Assembly (NCBI GenBank): GCA_964643945.1
Contig: CAZXVN010000612.1
Location: 1-51,912 of the forward strand
Length of the DNA: 51,912 nucleotides
Direction of reading: 5' to 3'
Source: an uncultured Lentisphaeraceae bacterium
GTDB lineage: Bacteria; Verrucomicrobiota; Kiritimatiellia; RFP12; UBA1067
Part shown: one piece after another, positions 1-9,347 of the stretch
Position numbering within the stretch: position 1 is the stretch's first letter
Layout of the letters: each line of letters begins with the position of its first letter
Notes under the pieces: generated by a model
Seen by the model: only the letters and a program-made list of their open reading frames with translations
Database searches by the model: none
What the model was told of the DNA's origin: nothing
Position numbers and translations under genes: made by a program

Positions 1-2
1 AC

Positions 3-89
3 GGCTATGACTATCAATTCATCGGCAAGGGTAAAGACTATGGCAACAAGGAATGCCAGGACAACTATGAGCGGATGATGAAAGAGTGA
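3..89 (+). CDS. 3' end of an ORF entering from upstream of the window. It stops at TGA 87-89 and is in the same frame and domain family as the next ORF.
   Basis: Frame 3 reads GYDYQFIGKGKDYGNKECQDNYERMMKE-stop. This aligns position-by-position with YRQASKD(G)KY... in the second repeat of ORF 153..1040. Confidence 0.4.
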   Translation, partial: GYDYQFIGKGKDYGNKECQDNYERMMKE

Positions 90-152
90 ACGTATGAGAA
101 GGTCAAGATATGGGACGGCAGGGTCGGCTCCCATTATGGCCGCAGCAACCGC

Positions 153-1040
153 ATGGAGTATTGGTCAGAAAGCACGGAAGCCTATCTTGCCGTTAACGAC
201 ATCTATCCGTTTGTTCGGGCGGAGCTGCGGGAGCACGATCCGCAGATGGCCCGGTTCGTGGAGCGCTACTGGGGCGTGGATCCCGAGCAGGTGGTGCGGT
301 TGGAAAAGGATCTCGCCGCTTACCAGCAGCAAACCCGGCAGGCAGCGGCCGGCAGCCCGGCACCCAGCGGTGGCTCCGGCGCCGCTGAGAAAGTTATTTC
401 CACCGGGCAATATGACAAGCGCGACATTGATGGCTGGACCGTCTATGTCAGTCCGCGCCTGGTGGCTCAGCCCGGAATCTGCGCGGCCATGGTGACACTG
501 CTGAACTACAAGCTGCACATGATCGATCACTTTATCGCCGAGCAGGGTCGCCAGCAGTTGCACGAGGTGCCGGTCTGGCTGGAGGCCGGGCAGGCGGGGC
601 CGTATGTCAGATACTGCGGCAGCAGCGAGCAGCTGGCCAGCGAGACGGCAAACCCCGACAAATTCAGGGCGGTGGAGGTTCGCGATCCGCAAAGCATGAT
701 GAAATGGGCCTTGCTGCAGCAGTCCGACATGCTTCATGAGTTGGCGCTGGCGTATTATGACCGCCACGCCGCGAAGCAGGCTTTCGAGCTGTGCAGAAAA
801 ATCCATGGCGCCTATAGGCAAGCCAGCAAGGACGGGAAATACAGCTCGGTGTTGCGGTTCGACGGCCAGCGCGTGCCGCATCCCGCCATGAGCAGCGAGA
901 AGGAATATTTTGCCGAGCTGATGGAGAGTTACTTTCTGGTGAACGATCACTATCCGTTTATCCGCTGCGAATTGAAGGACCAGGACCCGGAGGGGTACGG
1001 GCTGATTGCCGGCTTGTGGGAAGGGAACCCGCGCCGGTGA
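153..1040 (+). CDS. Hypothetical protein built from repeats of a gluzincin-like domain. It has a degenerate HExxH (HELAL) and an EYFAE..ESYF motif. It is probably the downstream part of a larger interrupted gene.
   Basis: ATG at 153. It has balanced composition, whereas the antisense ORF is Arg/Gly-rich. There is an internal repeat: EYWSESTEAYLAVNDIYPFVRAELREHDP versus EYFAELMESYFLVNDHYPFIRCELKDQDP. HELAL lies at nt 735..749. Confidence 0.6.
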   Translation: MEYWSESTEAYLAVNDIYPFVRAELREHDPQMARFVERYWGVDPEQVVRLEKDLAAYQQQTRQAAAGSPAPSGGSGAAEKVISTGQYDKRDIDGWTVYVSPRLVAQPGICAAMVTLLNYKLHMIDHFIAEQGRQQLHEVPVWLEAGQAGPYVRYCGSSEQLASETANPDKFRAVEVRDPQSMMKWALLQQSDMLHELALAYYDRHAAKQAFELCRKIHGAYRQASKDGKYSSVLRFDGQRVPHPAMSSEKEYFAELMESYFLVNDHYPFIRCELKDQDPEGYGLIAGLWEGNPRR

Positions 1041-1106
1041 CACGACGAGCCAATTGCCACCTCACCAGTGCGAACCAGAAATAACACCCAAAGGAACTGA
1101 AATTAC

Positions 1107-3062
1107 ATGAAGAACCTGACGAACGTTTTTTTTATGCTGGTTAGCACCGCGTGCGCGATTGCAGGTCATGCCGAGGAGCAGGCGGGTGCGAAACCCGTCG
1201 CCTCGGTGCCTTCCAATGCGCGGGGTACGCCGCTGCCACCGCCCATCGCTGAGACGCAACCCAGTGAGATACTTTTTTGCGAGCGTAATCCCGGTCGCGA
1301 TTATTCCAATCATTACTACGCAAACTTTGGGTATGACTGCGGAAACGAGAACTATTGGCTGCACGGGGCGGACGGCGGGCGGCTGGCGATCTACAGTCCC
1401 AAGGCCGGCTCCGTTCGCACGCTGCTGGAAGACGCCCGCGGAGCGATGCGCGATCCGCAGATACACTATGAAGGGAAGAAGGTGCTCTTCTCATACCGGA
1501 AAGGCGGCACGCACCACTACAATCTCCACGAGATGAACCTTGACGGCACCGACCTGCGCCAGATTACGCGCGGCGACTGGGATGACATCGAGCCGACCTA
1601 CCTTCCCGACGGCGGCATCGCCTTCTGTTCAACGCGGTGTAAGCGCTATGTGCCCTGCTGGCTCGCACCCGTGGCGGTCCTCTTCCGCTGCAATGCCGAT
1701 GGCACCGGTCTCCGTCAACTCTCTTCGGGCAACGCCCCGGAGAACACGCCGGCCATGTTGCCGGACGGCCGGATTCTGTACACGCGCTGGGAGTACGTGA
1801 ATCGCGACGCGGTTTCGTTCCATCATCTGTGGACAATGAACCCCGACGGCACAGGCGTGATGGTGTACTATGGCAACATGCATCCGGGGGACGTCTTTAT
1901 CGATGCCCAGCCGATTGAGGGCACGGACAACGTGGTCTTCGTCAATTCGGGCTGGCACGGCCAGATGGAACACGCGGGCAGGCTGACGCTCTTGAGCCTC
2001 CGCAACGGTCCGGATGATCGCACGCAGGCCAAGCCCATCACCGACGATGGATTCCGTGATCCGTACCCGCTCTCCGAACACGCGTTCCTTGCGGCGCGCG
2101 GCAACGAGATCGTGACGGTAACGGATGACGGCGGCGTGAAGACGCTTTGGAAAGCGAACACCATGGTTCATGAGCCGCGCCCGATCAAACCGCGCCCTCG
2201 CCCGCCGATTATCCCGTCGCGCGTGAACCTCTCCAGGGCCACTGGAACGCTGGTGCTGACGGATGTTTACGTAGGCCGCAACATGGGCGGCGTAAAACCC
2301 GCTTCGATCAAGAGACTGCTGGTCATGGAAGATCTGCCCAAGCCCGTCAACTTTCATGGCGGCGGGACGACCCCTCTGGCGCACGGCGGCTCTTGGACGT
2401 TCAAACGAATCCTGGGGACCGTTCCCGTCGAAGCCGACGGTTCAGCAAACTTCGAAATACCCGCGTGCCGCAGCATCTACTTCGCGGCGCTTGACGAGAA
2501 TGATCTGTGCGTCAAGCAGATGCGCTCGTTCGTCACCGTGCAACCCGGAGAGCAGGTGAGTTGTATCGGCTGTCACGAGAACAGGACGGTCACGGCCCAG
2601 GCCTTCTCCGGCATCCGATTGGCCCATCAACGCGCCCCCAGCCAGATTCAGCCGTTTGCCGGAATCCCGGAGGTTCTGGATTTTCCGAGGGACATTCAGC
2701 CGATTCTCGACCGCCACTGCATCCGGTGCCACGACGCAAGAAGCCGCAAAGGCGGTCTGGTACTCAGCGGCGATCGCGCTCCCACGTATTCGCTGGCGTA
2801 TTACAACCTGCTCCTGCATCGCCAAATCAAGGATCACGCCGGGCTGAAATGGGAAGGCCTTCAGAACGTCAACGGGCGCCCGGGCGGCAATGATGCGCCA
2901 TACAGTGCCTTCAGTTACGCGGCGCCTTTGATGAAGCACATCGAGAAGAGTCACCACGAGGTCAAGCTGAGCGATGTCGCTGGCACTCACGGCTCCATTG
3001 GCGAAGGCCGCGGGCGGCTTTGCCGAGGGGCCGCTGCCCAAGGCCGCGCCGGTCCCCCCTGA
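1107..3062 (+). CDS. Secreted beta-propeller protein (TolB/PD40-like, similar to the hydrazine-synthase-alpha middle domain) with two CxxCH haem-c motifs.
   Basis: Signal-like N-terminus MKNLTNVFFMLVSTACAIAG. Recurring propeller blocks NLDGTDLRQIT, CNADGTGLRQLS, MNPDGTGVMV. CIGCH at 2562..2576 and CIRCH at 2718..2732. Confidence 0.6.
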   Translation: MKNLTNVFFMLVSTACAIAGHAEEQAGAKPVASVPSNARGTPLPPPIAETQPSEILFCERNPGRDYSNHYYANFGYDCGNENYWLHGADGGRLAIYSPKAGSVRTLLEDARGAMRDPQIHYEGKKVLFSYRKGGTHHYNLHEMNLDGTDLRQITRGDWDDIEPTYLPDGGIAFCSTRCKRYVPCWLAPVAVLFRCNADGTGLRQLSSGNAPENTPAMLPDGRILYTRWEYVNRDAVSFHHLWTMNPDGTGVMVYYGNMHPGDVFIDAQPIEGTDNVVFVNSGWHGQMEHAGRLTLLSLRNGPDDRTQAKPITDDGFRDPYPLSEHAFLAARGNEIVTVTDDGGVKTLWKANTMVHEPRPIKPRPRPPIIPSRVNLSRATGTLVLTDVYVGRNMGGVKPASIKRLLVMEDLPKPVNFHGGGTTPLAHGGSWTFKRILGTVPVEADGSANFEIPACRSIYFAALDENDLCVKQMRSFVTVQPGEQVSCIGCHENRTVTAQAFSGIRLAHQRAPSQIQPFAGIPEVLDFPRDIQPILDRHCIRCHDARSRKGGLVLSGDRAPTYSLAYYNLLLHRQIKDHAGLKWEGLQNVNGRPGGNDAPYSAFSYAAPLMKHIEKSHHEVKLSDVAGTHGSIGEGRGRLCRGAAAQGRAGPP

Positions 3063-3354
3063 TCTTTCACGCGCGCCCAAGCCGGTCGTCCATGGCGTCG
3101 TCTTCGCATCGGCGGACGATCCGGATTATCGGGCGATCCTGGCACACCTGCAGGCCGCCCGGGATCGGCTGGATGAAATCAAACGCTTTGACATGCCCGG
3201 ATTCAAGCCCGCGGCTGCGTACATTCGCGAGATGAAACGGTACGGTATGCTGCCGGCGGAATTCGATGCTGAAAAAGAGGATGTCAATACGTATGATCTC
3301 GACCAAAAGTACTGGCGACAGTTCTGGTGCACCCCAATCAGACCGGCGGAATAA
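2974..3354 (+). CDS. Short ORF overlapping the end of 1107..3062 by 89 nt in another frame. It is probably the displaced C-terminus of that protein (frameshift) rather than an independent gene.
   Basis: Good coding composition (DPDYRAILAHLQAARDRLDEIKRFDMPGFKPAAAYIREMKRYGMLPAEFD). In contrast, the last ~30 codons of 1107..3062 are Gly/Arg/Ala-rich (GEGRGRLCRGAAAQGRAGPP). Confidence 0.4.
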   Translation: MSLALTAPLAKAAGGFAEGPLPKAAPVPPDLSRAPKPVVHGVVFASADDPDYRAILAHLQAARDRLDEIKRFDMPGFKPAAAYIREMKRYGMLPAEFDAEKEDVNTYDLDQKYWRQFWCTPIRPAE

Positions 3355-3366
3355 CAAAGGCAAGGC

Positions 3367-6300
3367 ATGATGAAAAAGCACGATGTGATGGTTTCGGCGC
3401 TCTTCACATTCAGCGTGGTCTTCGCGTCAAGTGCCGCAGGCGGAGATACAGAGCGTCCGGCCCCGGCACGGAAGCCTGCGGCCTACACGCGCACCAACGA
3501 CATCATCTACGGCCGAAAGTACGGGATGGCGCTGACGATGAATCTGCTGAAGCCCGCCAGCCCCAACGGCGCGGCGGTACTGTGGGTCGTCAGCGGGGGT
3601 TTCTTCTCCAGCCATGAAGAAACGCTGAGTCCGGGCTTTGTCTCGCGCGTTGAACCGCTGCTGAGCCGGGGGTACACGGTCTTTCTGGTTGTGCACGGTT
3701 CCGCTCCGCAGTTCGAATTGCGGGAGGTCACCAAGGACATTCACCGCGCCGTGCGCTTTGTGCGCTGCCGCGCCGGCGACTACGGCATCGACCCTCAGCG
3801 CATCGGCATAACCGGCGGCTCCGCAGGCGGCTATCTGGCCACTTGGCTGGGCACGACCGGGTGCGACGGCGATGCAGCCTCGGCGGATCCGGTAGAGCGC
3901 GCGTCGAGCCGGGTTCAGGCCGTGGCGTGTTTCTTTCCAGGCACTAACTGGATGAACTTCCCGACTCCCGGCGACGACGTGATCGCGATCAGCGAGAGGC
4001 TGGGCACGATTTCGGGCTTTCGCTTCAAGGAGTACGAACCCAAGAAGCGCGAATTCATTCCCATCCTTGATCGCGAGAAGGTGCGCGGAATCCTGAAGGA
4101 GTTGTCGCCGATCAATCATGTGACCGCACAATCGGCTCCCATGCTCTTCATCTTCGGAGATAAGGACACCATCACGACCATCCAGACTCAAGGCACACCT
4201 ATGTTGGAGAAGCTCAAGGCGGCCGGCGTGCCCTGCGACATCATCGTCAAGCCCGGCCTGGGCCACAGTTGGCCCGGCATCGAAAAAGACTCCGAAGCGA
4301 TCGCCGACTGGTTCGATGCACATCTCCTTGGCGCCACGCTCACCCCGCAGCCAGCGGCCAATCCCTCTGGTCATGTGCAGGAGCCTGGCCGGGCTGAGGA
4401 CCGGCTTTCGCCCGCCGCGTTTGCCGATCCGCCGATCCATGCGCGGCCGGGTGCGTTTTGGGCTTGGCTCAACGGGTCGATCACCCAAGAGCAGGTCACC
4501 CGCGACTTGGAGGCGATGAAGCGCGGCGGCATGCGCGGCGGCGAGATTTGGGATGTGGCCGCGTACGCCGACCCTGACGGGCGGGTGCCTGCCGGGCCTG
4601 CGTTTCTCGGGCCGGAGTCCACGCGGCTGATCGCCCATGCGATTCGTGAGGCAGACCGGCTCGGGCTGGAACTCGGCATGATTGCCTCCAGCGGGTGGAA
4701 TGCGGGCGGGAGCTGGATTCCGCCGGAACACGCCGGGAAAGGCCTCTATCAGTCAACCACCACGGTGGCCGGGGCCACGAATTATCACGCGGCATTGCCG
4801 ATGCCTGAGTTGCCGAAAGGCTGTCCGCGGGATGCTCAGGGCCGGCCGCTCTATCTCCGCGAAGTGGCGGTGCTGGCCGTGCCTCATGATGCGTCGAACA
4901 CGCTTGCCAATGCGGATCAGGTCGTTGACCTGACGAAAATGATCGAGGCCGATGGCCGGTTGCGCTGGGACGTGCCTGCTGGCGATTGGGACATCCTTCG
5001 TTTTGTCTGTGCGAATCACGGGCAGCAGTTGATTGTGCCAAGCCCGAATTCCGGAGGGCCGATGATCGACTTCTTTGATCCCCGCGCCACGGAATATCAT
5101 CTTCATCACATGGTCAGCGCGATTCTCAAGGAACTGGGGCGCACCTCGTTCGAGGGCGCCAGCTTCAAAACGATGGAGTTCGACAGCATGGAGCTCGACG
5201 GGTTTACGCCATGGAACGAGGTCATGGCCGCTGAGTTCCAGCGCCGGGCGGGGTATCCGGTGCTCCGGTATTTGCCCCTGCTCGCCGGTTGGAAGCTGGC
5301 GGATCAGCACGTTCAGGAGCAGTTCCTCTACGATTGGCAAAAGGTGGTGAGCGACCAGCTGATCGACTCGCATTACGCGGCGGCCCGGAAGGTTCTCGGA
5401 TCATACGGGCTGAAGCTCATCGCCGAAGCGGGCGGGCCGGGGCCCCCGATCTGGGACTCCAACCCGGTGGACGGCATCAAGGCGCTCGGGGCGGTTGATA
5501 TTCCGCGGGGGGAGTTTTGGATCAGGCACCGCGGGATATTCCTGATCAAGGAGATCGCTTCGGCCGCGCATGTTTACAACAAACGTCTGGTCAGTGCGGA
5601 ATCGTTTACCACCTGGCGGCGCTGGGTCGATGGGCCGTTGGTCTACAAGCGGCTTGCCGACCGGGCGCTGTGCGAAGGGTTGAATGATTTTGCATTCCAC
5701 ACGTTCGCCAGTTCGCCGCCCGAGGCGGGGCTTCCCGGCTGGGCCTATCATGCCGGCACGGATATCAATCCGTCGGCCACCTGGTGGCCGATGGCCCGCG
5801 GTTTGACAGACTACATCGCGCGGTGCTCGTACATGCTTCGCCAAGGGTGGTTTGTGGCCGACGTTTGCTACTACTATGGCGGTCAGGCGCCGAACTTCTA
5901 TCCGCCGTTTTGCAATGTGCCCGAGAAGCCGCTGTTGGAGGGTCTCGATCCGCGCCACGATTATGATGTCTGTCCGTCGCAGGTGATCCTGCAGCGGATG
6001 CGCGTTGAGAATCGGCGGATCGTGTTGCCGGACGGGATGAGTTATGCGGCGCTCGCGCTGCCTGAGCAGGAGCATATCCCGTCGGAGGTTCTCGCAAAGA
6101 TACGCGCACTGGTCGGCGACGGCGCAACGGTGATCGGCCATCAGCGGCCGTCACGCGCCCCGGGCTTGAGCGGTCATGAAAAGGAAACCAAAGAAATTGG
6201 GCGTTTGGCCGATGAGCTGTGGGGGCGGGGCGAGTTGTCAGACAAGCAGGATAAGCCATCGGTTCTGATCCGGCCAATCGGGCAGGGGCGGTTTGTTATT

Positions 6301-7335
6301 GCAAGCGATCGAAGTGCGGCGCTTCGGGAAATCGGGGTCGGCGCGGATTTTGAAATCGCCGGGCGCGGTGAAAGAGACCTGGGGCCGCTGGACTTCATTC
6401 ACCGGAAGACCGCGGATGACGAATTCTACTTTGTCCGCAACAAGACCGCGGAGCCGCAGACGCTGACCTGCCGGTTCCGGGTGGCGGCAGCAACCAGCGG
6501 GCAGGCGCCCGAATTCTGGTGGCCCGACTCGGGACGCCGGAGCGCGTGCCGCGATTGGCAAAGCCTCGCCAGCGGCCAGGCCGAACTGCCGGTGGCGCTT
6601 GGGCCGATGGGGTCGGTGTTTGTCGTCTTCCGGAGAGGCGGCACGGACAAACATGATCCGGTTGACGCCTTCGCCCGCGACACGTTCCCGGCGGCAGAGA
6701 ATCCCCCGCCGCTGACCCTCGAAGGATCTTGGCAGGTCGAGTTTCCAGAAGGGTGGGGCACGCCGCAAATGGCCACCTTCCAAAAATTACATAGCTGGAC
6801 CGAGTCGGACGACGAAGGGATAAAGGTCTTCTCGGGAATCGCCACGTATAAAAAGACCTTCGAACTGCCGGAGTCATTGGCAAAAAAGAGTCGGCTCTTC
6901 CTGCAATTGGGCGAACTGGCCGAAATCGCCGAGGTCACGCTCAACGGTAAGCGCCTTGGGCTGGTTTGGCTGCCGCCCTTTCGGATCGAGATTTCAGGCG
7001 CGGCTCATGCCGGCGCGAATCAGTTGGAGATCCGGGTCGCGAACCTCTGGGCCAACCGGCTGAACGGTGATTCGTTGCGGCCGGAATCGGGCCGTTTTAC
7101 GCGAAGCAACCTCGACCGGATCCAAACCGATCCGACGTCGGACAGCTCATACGGCCGGGTTCCCCGAGGAAAGGCGCGGCCGGTTTACGACAAGGTTCCG
7201 CCGCTCATGAAGTCGGGCCTTTTCGGGCCGGTTCAGATTATCACGCCCGGGCGTATCGATGAGGTGCGCACTGCACCTAACGGTGTCTGGCCGGAGATCG
7301 ATGTGGACCCCGCCCGTCCGCTTGGGTTAGAATAA
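3367..7335 (+). CDS. Fusion protein: an N-terminal alpha/beta-hydrolase (carbohydrate-esterase-like) joined to a GH106-like glycoside hydrolase with a C-terminal beta-sandwich.
   Basis: Signal-like N-terminus. The esterase part has nucleophile elbow ITGGSAGGYLA, then FIFGDKDT and GLGHSW. The linker is LTPQPAANPSGHVQEP. The GH part has ARPGAFWAWLNG...EAMKRGGMRGGEIWD and a C-terminal ATYKKTFELP...VTLNGKRLG...QLEIRVANLWANRL block. Confidence 0.6.
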   Translation: MMKKHDVMVSALFTFSVVFASSAAGGDTERPAPARKPAAYTRTNDIIYGRKYGMALTMNLLKPASPNGAAVLWVVSGGFFSSHEETLSPGFVSRVEPLLSRGYTVFLVVHGSAPQFELREVTKDIHRAVRFVRCRAGDYGIDPQRIGITGGSAGGYLATWLGTTGCDGDAASADPVERASSRVQAVACFFPGTNWMNFPTPGDDVIAISERLGTISGFRFKEYEPKKREFIPILDREKVRGILKELSPINHVTAQSAPMLFIFGDKDTITTIQTQGTPMLEKLKAAGVPCDIIVKPGLGHSWPGIEKDSEAIADWFDAHLLGATLTPQPAANPSGHVQEPGRAEDRLSPAAFADPPIHARPGAFWAWLNGSITQEQVTRDLEAMKRGGMRGGEIWDVAAYADPDGRVPAGPAFLGPESTRLIAHAIREADRLGLELGMIASSGWNAGGSWIPPEHAGKGLYQSTTTVAGATNYHAALPMPELPKGCPRDAQGRPLYLREVAVLAVPHDASNTLANADQVVDLTKMIEADGRLRWDVPAGDWDILRFVCANHGQQLIVPSPNSGGPMIDFFDPRATEYHLHHMVSAILKELGRTSFEGASFKTMEFDSMELDGFTPWNEVMAAEFQRRAGYPVLRYLPLLAGWKLADQHVQEQFLYDWQKVVSDQLIDSHYAAARKVLGSYGLKLIAEAGGPGPPIWDSNPVDGIKALGAVDIPRGEFWIRHRGIFLIKEIASAAHVYNKRLVSAESFTTWRRWVDGPLVYKRLADRALCEGLNDFAFHTFASSPPEAGLPGWAYHAGTDINPSATWWPMARGLTDYIARCSYMLRQGWFVADVCYYYGGQAPNFYPPFCNVPEKPLLEGLDPRHDYDVCPSQVILQRMRVENRRIVLPDGMSYAALALPEQEHIPSEVLAKIRALVGDGATVIGHQRPSRAPGLSGHEKETKEIGRLADELWGRGELSDKQDKPSVLIRPIGQGRFVIASDRSAALREIGVGADFEIAGRGERDLGPLDFIHRKTADDEFYFVRNKTAEPQTLTCRFRVAAATSGQAPEFWWPDSGRRSACRDWQSLASGQAELPVALGPMGSVFVVFRRGGTDKHDPVDAFARDTFPAAENPPPLTLEGSWQVEFPEGWGTPQMATFQKLHSWTESDDEGIKVFSGIATYKKTFELPESLAKKSRLFLQLGELAEIAEVTLNGKRLGLVWLPPFRIEISGAAHAGANQLEIRVANLWANRLNGDSLRPESGRFTRSNLDRIQTDPTSDSSYGRVPRGKARPVYDKVPPLMKSGLFGPVQIITPGRIDEVRTAPNGVWPEIDVDPARPLGLE

Positions 7336-7346
7336 CTGCAAATCGA

Positions 7347-9299
7347 ATGAAAACAAAACACGCGTTATTGATCGCGGCCCTTGCGGCTTTCGGGCCGTCC
7401 TGTCTGGCCGCGGAAGACTTCTGGGTCAGGGATCCTGCGGGGCGCATCACCCACACAGGCTCCGGCAAAGATCCGCTCGTGCTGTGTATGCAGGGCCGCA
7501 AAGTGGTGATGCAGGTTCAGTCGGACAGCGTCACGGGACTGTGCTACACGGCCCGGTTTTACAACGTGCAGAAAGACCTCCTGAAAAAGAAGAAGGTCCT
7601 GTTCCAAGCCAGCCGCGCAACTGATCCGGAGGTGAAGGTCAACGGGCAGGCCCTGCAGTTCGGGGCGCCTGCCTCCGCCACCTTCGACGGTCTGTTGACG
7701 GTGACCTATCCCGAAAAGGGCGGCATCGCCGCCACCCGCACGCTCTATCCCTCCACTCTTAAGGCTCTGGTCGTTGAAGAGTGGCAGGTGCGTAACACGG
7801 GCGGGCAACCCGTGAAAGTTCTTGTGGCGGCGGATCGCAACGTTCAATCGAATGGCGAGGGTGTCGCCGTGGACTGGAGCTGCCAGGGCATTGAAGACGT
7901 TTCCCTGAAGTCCGGCGGCGTGGTGTGTTTCTCCGTCTGTGTGCAGGCCAGGCTAGGCTCCGCGTCGGATGTCGAGGCCGTTGATGTGGCTGCGGAACAC
8001 GGCGCACGCGCGGCCTTGGCCGAGGCGGCCTGGCGCGGCCCCGGCCGGCTCGAAACGCCGGAGCCGGCGCTCGACGCGGCGTTCGCCCTGCAGAAGCTCC
8101 ACGTTCTGGAAGCGCCGATCGAAACGTGCAAGGGCGTCATCACCCACAACGGCAGCCTGATCTACTCGCCCGGCATCTGGGCGAACGACCCGGTTGAATA
8201 TTCCAGCCCGGTGTTTCCTTTTTTTGGCGATGCCGGATTGAACCGCGCCGGCATGGGCATGTACCGGGTGTGGCAGGACCATTGCCTCACGAACGGCATT
8301 GTCCCCTTTCCGGGCTCGTTCGAGGGCCCCGCTCTGAATCTCACCCAGCGGGAGCGCGGCGACGACGCGATGGTGCTGTATGGCCTGTCCAAATTTATCC
8401 TGTTCCAGGGTGACCGCGCCGCCGCCGAGGAGCTGTGGCCGCTGATCAACTTCAGCGCCGAGTCGGTGTTGAAGCACACCACCGCTGACGGCATTGTCGC
8501 TTCGGAGACCGACGAGATGGAGGACCGCTATCCGACCGGCAAGGCTAATCTGAGCACGTCGGCGCTCGCTTACGGCGGCTACCGTCAGGCGGCGCGGCTG
8601 GCGCGCGCCTTGGGCAAGAACGAGGCCGCCGCGGAGTTCGACACCCGCGCGGAGGCGCTGAGCAAGGGCCTCGAAGCGTATTTTGGCGCGGAGGTTGAAG
8701 GCTTCAAGACCTACCGGTACTACACCGGAAACACCACGCTGCGCGGGTGGATACTCCTGCCGTTGGCCATGGGCATCACCAACCGGCAGGCGGGCACGGT
8801 GGCCGCCCTGCTTTCAGACAAGCTCTGGCCCAACCGCAGCGAGGGCGCCGACATTCTGGCGGAGTCGACCCGGCCGACCGAGTGGGGGCGCGAGACCTAC
8901 TACGCCCTGCGGGCCTTGTTCAAAGCCGGGCGTACGGAGGAGGCGATTGACCTGACCCGGAGCGTGGTCATGGCGCAGGTCTTCGGGAGCCGGGGGCCGT
9001 ATCCTGACGAGGACGCCATCGACATGCTCTGTCCGGGCTCGCTCTACCCGCGCGTCTTTACCGAAGGCGTGTTCGGCATCGTGCCCACCGGCCTTGACTC
9101 TTTCGAATGTACGCCGTGGCTGCCCCAGGCGTGGCCGCGGATGGCGCTGCGCGACGTGCGCGCCTTTGGACGGGCTTGGGATTTGGTCGTGGAACGTGCC
9201 GGCGATCAGCAAAAGGTCACGGTGAGCAGCGGGGGCCGGACAGTGATGACAGGCGTCGGGCCAGCCGGGAAGACGTATCCGGTGACCTTGACCAAGTAA
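7347..9299 (+). CDS. Secreted putative (alpha/alpha)6 six-hairpin glycosidase-like protein.
   Basis: Signal peptide MKTKHALLIAALAAFGPSCLAAE. The helical-repeat C-terminal half has blocks such as DEMEDRYPTGKANLSTSALAYGGYRQAARLARALG, typical of six-hairpin glycosidases. The family assignment was not verified. Confidence 0.45.
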   Translation: MKTKHALLIAALAAFGPSCLAAEDFWVRDPAGRITHTGSGKDPLVLCMQGRKVVMQVQSDSVTGLCYTARFYNVQKDLLKKKKVLFQASRATDPEVKVNGQALQFGAPASATFDGLLTVTYPEKGGIAATRTLYPSTLKALVVEEWQVRNTGGQPVKVLVAADRNVQSNGEGVAVDWSCQGIEDVSLKSGGVVCFSVCVQARLGSASDVEAVDVAAEHGARAALAEAAWRGPGRLETPEPALDAAFALQKLHVLEAPIETCKGVITHNGSLIYSPGIWANDPVEYSSPVFPFFGDAGLNRAGMGMYRVWQDHCLTNGIVPFPGSFEGPALNLTQRERGDDAMVLYGLSKFILFQGDRAAAEELWPLINFSAESVLKHTTADGIVASETDEMEDRYPTGKANLSTSALAYGGYRQAARLARALGKNEAAAEFDTRAEALSKGLEAYFGAEVEGFKTYRYYTGNTTLRGWILLPLAMGITNRQAGTVAALLSDKLWPNRSEGADILAESTRPTEWGRETYYALRALFKAGRTEEAIDLTRSVVMAQVFGSRGPYPDEDAIDMLCPGSLYPRVFTEGVFGIVPTGLDSFECTPWLPQAWPRMALRDVRAFGRAWDLVVERAGDQQKVTVSSGGRTVMTGVGPAGKTYPVTLTK

Positions 9300-9347
9300 A
9301 GCCTGTTTTTCGGGTAGGGCAGAGCGCTTCAAAACGAGGAACTTTTC

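Noticed and set aside
87-89. TGA read as glycine (genetic code 25) or as selenocysteine.
   Set aside because: TGA clearly terminates well-defined genes elsewhere in the window, for example at 28063, 18572, 46645, 51138 and 24952. The genome is high-GC, unlike code-25 lineages. Sec aligned to a Gly with no nearby hairpin resembling a SECIS is unlikely. A nonsense mutation or sequencing error is the simpler explanation.
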